Source: Phoronis australis (Eukaryota; Animalia; Phoronida). From it: a DNA stretch of 64,000 bases. A model generated the notes under the pieces. It did not search any database and was not told the origin of the DNA. It was given only the letters and a program-made list of their open reading frames with translations. The translations under genes were made by a program, and so were the position numbers. Positions within the stretch are counted from its first letter, which is position 1. Every line of letters starts with the position of its first letter. This document shows, one piece after another, positions 60,401-64,000 of the stretch. The stretch lies in the NCBI GenBank assembly GCA_002633005.1, contig NMRA01000605.1:62001-126000 (forward strand), read 5' to 3'.

Positions 60401-63400
60401 ATTTAATTGCAAAAATACAACAGGTAAGTAGCATTCAAGCAACTACACACAATTATGTTGCAAAAATCGTAATTCAAAAGAAAAGCGGCTTCTGACAGTG
60501 TCCTTCGATGTTATACGCAGTCCGGCATTGTTCTTCAAATTTTTAATCGAGTTGAAGTATAAAAATGTGTTTAATGTCGAAATAAGTATTCCAATTGGCA
60601 CACAACAACAGTGATACGTCGTGTGTAGACAGACAGTGCGAAAGACGTGCGGCTGTACTCGAACACTTTATTGAGGACTCATTGCTAACTACTGTGAAAT
60701 GTTTATGGCAACGCACAAGACCATGTGCATATGTGACACATTTCAGAGAATTAATTGGCAAAAGTTGCATAATAAACCGATTCTAACAAACAGAAAGCTT
60801 CCATTTGTGCCAGATAGTCCCAGTACAAACCTATGGACAGACTCTGCAGTGATCAGGTCCGCTTCCGGACGTGACGTGATTCCAAAGATAGCCGAAGTTG
60901 AAAATTTTCTGTTCTCGAAATTTTGTGGGGAAGTGGGAGCGTGTTTTACACAAATAATTGAAGAATATGGGGTATGAAATAAAAAGAAATTTAATGTGGT
61001 TTATAAGCAATCTTTATTAACAGTCAGCACATGTGACTGTATACATAATAACTACTAACAACTAAATAGCTGCGAATCAACCTCTTTAAGACTCATTTTG
61101 TCGTGCTAGGTCACATTTATGTTATCATGTTTGTCTTAAAATTCTACACTATAGCTGACTGGTGTTAATATACGTTATACCGGAGTAAATATATATCACT
61201 GACAGGAGATTGACATTGGTTAACATCTGGCCACCATATTTATTCATCTAACTTACCTGTAGCCGATGTTGGCGCAGAAACTAACGTGTACACTGGTGAT
61301 GATGGAGTGCCAAATGAAAAGCCTGAAAATGAAAGCATGAATCCTTTAGACACAACACCACAACTCTATCACCTTGTATTAGTAAAATCAGTGGACAAGA
61401 GATCAAAGTGTCTGATAGAGGACTTAAACTGGAACTAGCAGATGGCTTCCAAACAGACACAAGATCGATGAAATAATAATGTATCACCAACAGTAACAAC
61501 TCACCTGTTGCTGAGCTGGTGGAGGCTTCCTGCTCGCTTGACTTGTCATCAGACACCTGTGCAGGTGGTTTAAAGGAGAACCCTCCGACGGAGGAAGAGC
61601 CAAATGTGAAACCACCACCGGGATTCATGGAAAAGGCTCCTGTAAACAGTAAAGTTTTCTCACAAATCAGCTAAAAACTCATTTGATCACTGCCGAACAA
61701 AGTTTGCCTAGTAAAGTGACAACTAGGCATTTGATTTTTGACTTCATACCAATTTTATGCATTTTCATTTTTTCATCAAAATCATAAAGGCCTATTTTAT
61801 GGTAACCCCCGTGCAAAAGTGGAATTTTTTAAAAACAATTCCTTAAAGAGTTTTGTTTGTTGAACAGTGCACAAAGCATGGTATATGAAAGTTTCATATG
61901 AATCTAATCAGCAATTTCAGATATGATGTGAAATTTGAGAAATTTGGCTATATTTTGAGAATCCTAGAAAACCATCAGGCTAAAGATTTGAGATTAAAGT
62001 TGAAATTTCAAGTTCCAACCAAAGTTTATAGCTCAATTGTACCTGTCATCAAGCACAACATGGATTACAAGCTCAAGCACATATTTCGAAACCTTTACTT
62101 ACCACAAATAATTTAAAAGTAAACCTGTTTGCAACTGCTAATAAGCGATGCCAACTCTTCCCACCCTAGTCCCTTACCTGCTCCTGTAGTGGGTGTAGTC
62201 TTTGAGTCAGCTGGTGTAAAGCCTGGCTTCACAGTCTCACATGCAGGGCAGCGTGTCACTTCCTCTCTATTGACAATATAACATCCATCACAGGTCCAGC
62301 TATTGGCTGGAGGCTTGAACTTTGCCATGAAGTCATCCACTGGTTTACTCTCAGCAGCTGCTACAGTGAAAGGACAGAAATGTGGCTTTGAATAGAGAAA
62401 TTAGAATTACTCTCAAGCATTCTTCAGGGGCTTATTTTGTGAAAATTTTCCTCTGGGCTTTGACCAACAGAATAACTTCAGGGAAATTGTGTTACCTTTG
62501 TTTAATAAGAATTTTCACTACCAAAACTAAGACCGAAACTGTTCTTAGCAAAGACCGAAATTTAGCTGACTATTGACCATGTTTAGGACCTGATGTTTGG
62601 TCAAAATGACAAAAATATATTATCATGTCCGATGTCACTATTTACAAAACATTTACAGTCTGTTGGTCAGACATAGTTAATCAAATTTGAAGAGTGCCTG
62701 TACCCACTCAAAAGGCGGACACCTCCATAGGTGGCACCACATGTTCAAAACTGAGCAACTGAGAAAATGGGTACTATGGGTAATACCAAATGAAAAACTC
62801 TACTGGAAATGACACCAAGTTAAACTAATGGTACCAGACAATTCCTCTAAACCCAAATACCTAATTGCAGACAATACCACAATGCCAAAACAGCGACCCC
62901 CCAGAAGATGGCAAAATACACACCAACCCCTGGAAGCCCCCTGAGGCAGCTAAACAACCAAATTTGCTGCTTTCCGGCACTTTTGAGCAGATACTACTTC
63001 CCCAGCAGTACCTTCTCTAGTAAACTGGATTCTCCCCCATTACCATGGCTCCCCTGTTGTAAACAGACGCCCATTTGACATTTGTCACTCATCACACCCC
63101 AGTCCACTTACCCGCTTCACGAGCAGCAGGAGTAGAGCCTGGCTTCACTGTGTTACATGCAGGACACTGAGCCACTTCAGCAGCATTCACAATATAACAC
63201 CCAGTACAGGTCCAACTATCAGCTGGAGGCTTGAACTTTGACATGAGATCATCCATAGGCTTACTCTCAGCAGCGACTACAGTGGTTGTGTCTGGAACAG
63301 GCTCTGATGGTTTTGTGGGTGACACTTGTTTAGCCTTCTCAACCATTTTATCTACCTGTAAACAATGAGGCAAAGGTTACGATAAATGGATAATGTACAC

Positions 63401-64000
63401 CAGAGTATCTTGTTGAAAACATTAACAGAACATTGAAGCAGGAATTTTCAATTCCTTTCCAGACCTCTGGTTTGCTGTTATAGACAAAGCTTTTCATTTA
63501 CTAGCTCACACAATTCGCTCAACTCGTGTAGTACACTTTTGTCTATATTTAAAAGGCGAACTGTTTTTCAAAGTTTCATTACAAGGCACGTTTTCCAAAA
63601 CTGGATGATGACAGCTATTTGGAACTAATAACACAATGCCTTAAACAACACACAGGGTCAAATGATTAAACACCCATAAAATTACAGCTTGGGAATTTAT
63701 ATGTATGTGAAACATTATTGGAATGACCAGATCATTGTATGCAAATGACACACTTAAAACACAGGTCACGATATTGTGAGCAACTGGGTGGAAATGCAAT
63801 TTCATTCGAAATTTTATGACTAAATACATTTGTTAAGTGACCACCTTTAAGAACAGATTCCAGCATTACCTCAGTCTTGAACTGTTTTGCTTGGTCCATG
63901 GTCTTGAAGCGAATGCAAAACTTTTCTGGTCTGGGTTCGTCCTCGGCAAAGTCCATGGAGTACCATATCCACGTCACTCCTGGCTGACTTCCCTCCACCA
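45486..64000 (-). CDS. RANBP2: RanBP2/Nup358-like copy B (inverted paralog of copy A; 5' part lies beyond the window)
   Basis: Exons 63870->64000 (end of RanBD1), 63112-63355, 62178-62360 (zinc fingers), 61505-61639, 61257-61322, 57092-57223, 55141-55608 (chimeric), 54366-54497, 52060-52754, gap, 50597-50650, 49844-50071 (IR), 48980-49078, 48047-48163, 47472-47594, 46616-46803, 45486-45590 (stop TAA). Core exons are open with intact splice sites. The second half of RanBD2 would fall in the N gap, so full integrity is unverified. Confidence 0.85.
50704..51697. other. Assembly gap in RanBP2 copy B
   Basis: Run of N. Confidence 1.
58223..61114. mobile_element. Paralogous copy of the 10487-12037 element in copy B, truncated at one end and interrupted by a nested insertion
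   Basis: Reverse-complement match to about 10487-11818. The TIR at 61086-61114 is followed by ATTT. The other TIR was removed by the deletion at about 58222. Confidence 0.8.
59541..61085 (+). mobile_element. Kolobok-like non-autonomous DNA transposon (TTAA TSD) nested in the TIR of the Sola-like element
   Basis: Absent from copy A, where the site reads GAGTCTTAAGTCGGA. In copy B it reads TCCGAC-TTAA-AGACATAGTTTCACA...TGCGAATCAACCTCT-TTAA-GACTC, with AG...CT termini and imperfect TIRs (10/15). Confidence 0.8.

Larger units (their letters stand above)
44400..64000 (-). repeat. Arm of a large inverted segmental duplication, reverse complement of about 7590-26570
   Basis: Introns, exons and 3' flank are collinear in reverse complement. 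For example, 26520-26570 TGTAAATAACATTTCT...TCCTCCCTGTCCTGT matches 44401-44450, and the window end at 64000 matches about 7587. Confidence 0.95.

Noticed and set aside
44400-64000. Copy B as a simple allelic haplotig
   Set aside because: Not favoured: the spacer-proximal ends are strongly diverged, the C-termini differ, and both arms join the spacer without a large gap (only one N at 43936). It is not fully excluded without reads.

Overview
This is eukaryotic, intron-rich, AT-rich animal DNA (probably a marine invertebrate; the taxon cannot be determined) with two assembly gaps (5000-5680, 50704-51697). The window forms a large palindrome. Two convergent copies of a RanBP2/Nup358-like nucleoporin gene are the arms: copy A on + (<880-25250) and copy B on - (45486->64000). 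The ~17.7 kb spacer holds an 11-exon glutathione reductase gene (-, 31623-41092) and an unrecognised 3-exon gene for a 508-aa single-pass membrane protein (+, 27874-30501). Copy A has three Ran-binding domains, two intact RanBP2 zinc fingers and one IR/SUMO-E3-like segment, and neither copy shows a cyclophilin domain. Arm identity is patchy, from apparently identical to strongly diverged. Copy B has lost, duplicated and fused exons. The decayed zinc-finger modules all lie just downstream of an in-phase GTGAGT donor embedded in the codons immediately before the finger's Trp, which suggests the fingers were turned into intron. Several non-autonomous DNA transposons (one nested inside another), minisatellites and arrays of repeated splice acceptors are also present. 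Exon boundaries were read by eye from GT/AG signals and frame continuity; there is no transcript evidence.
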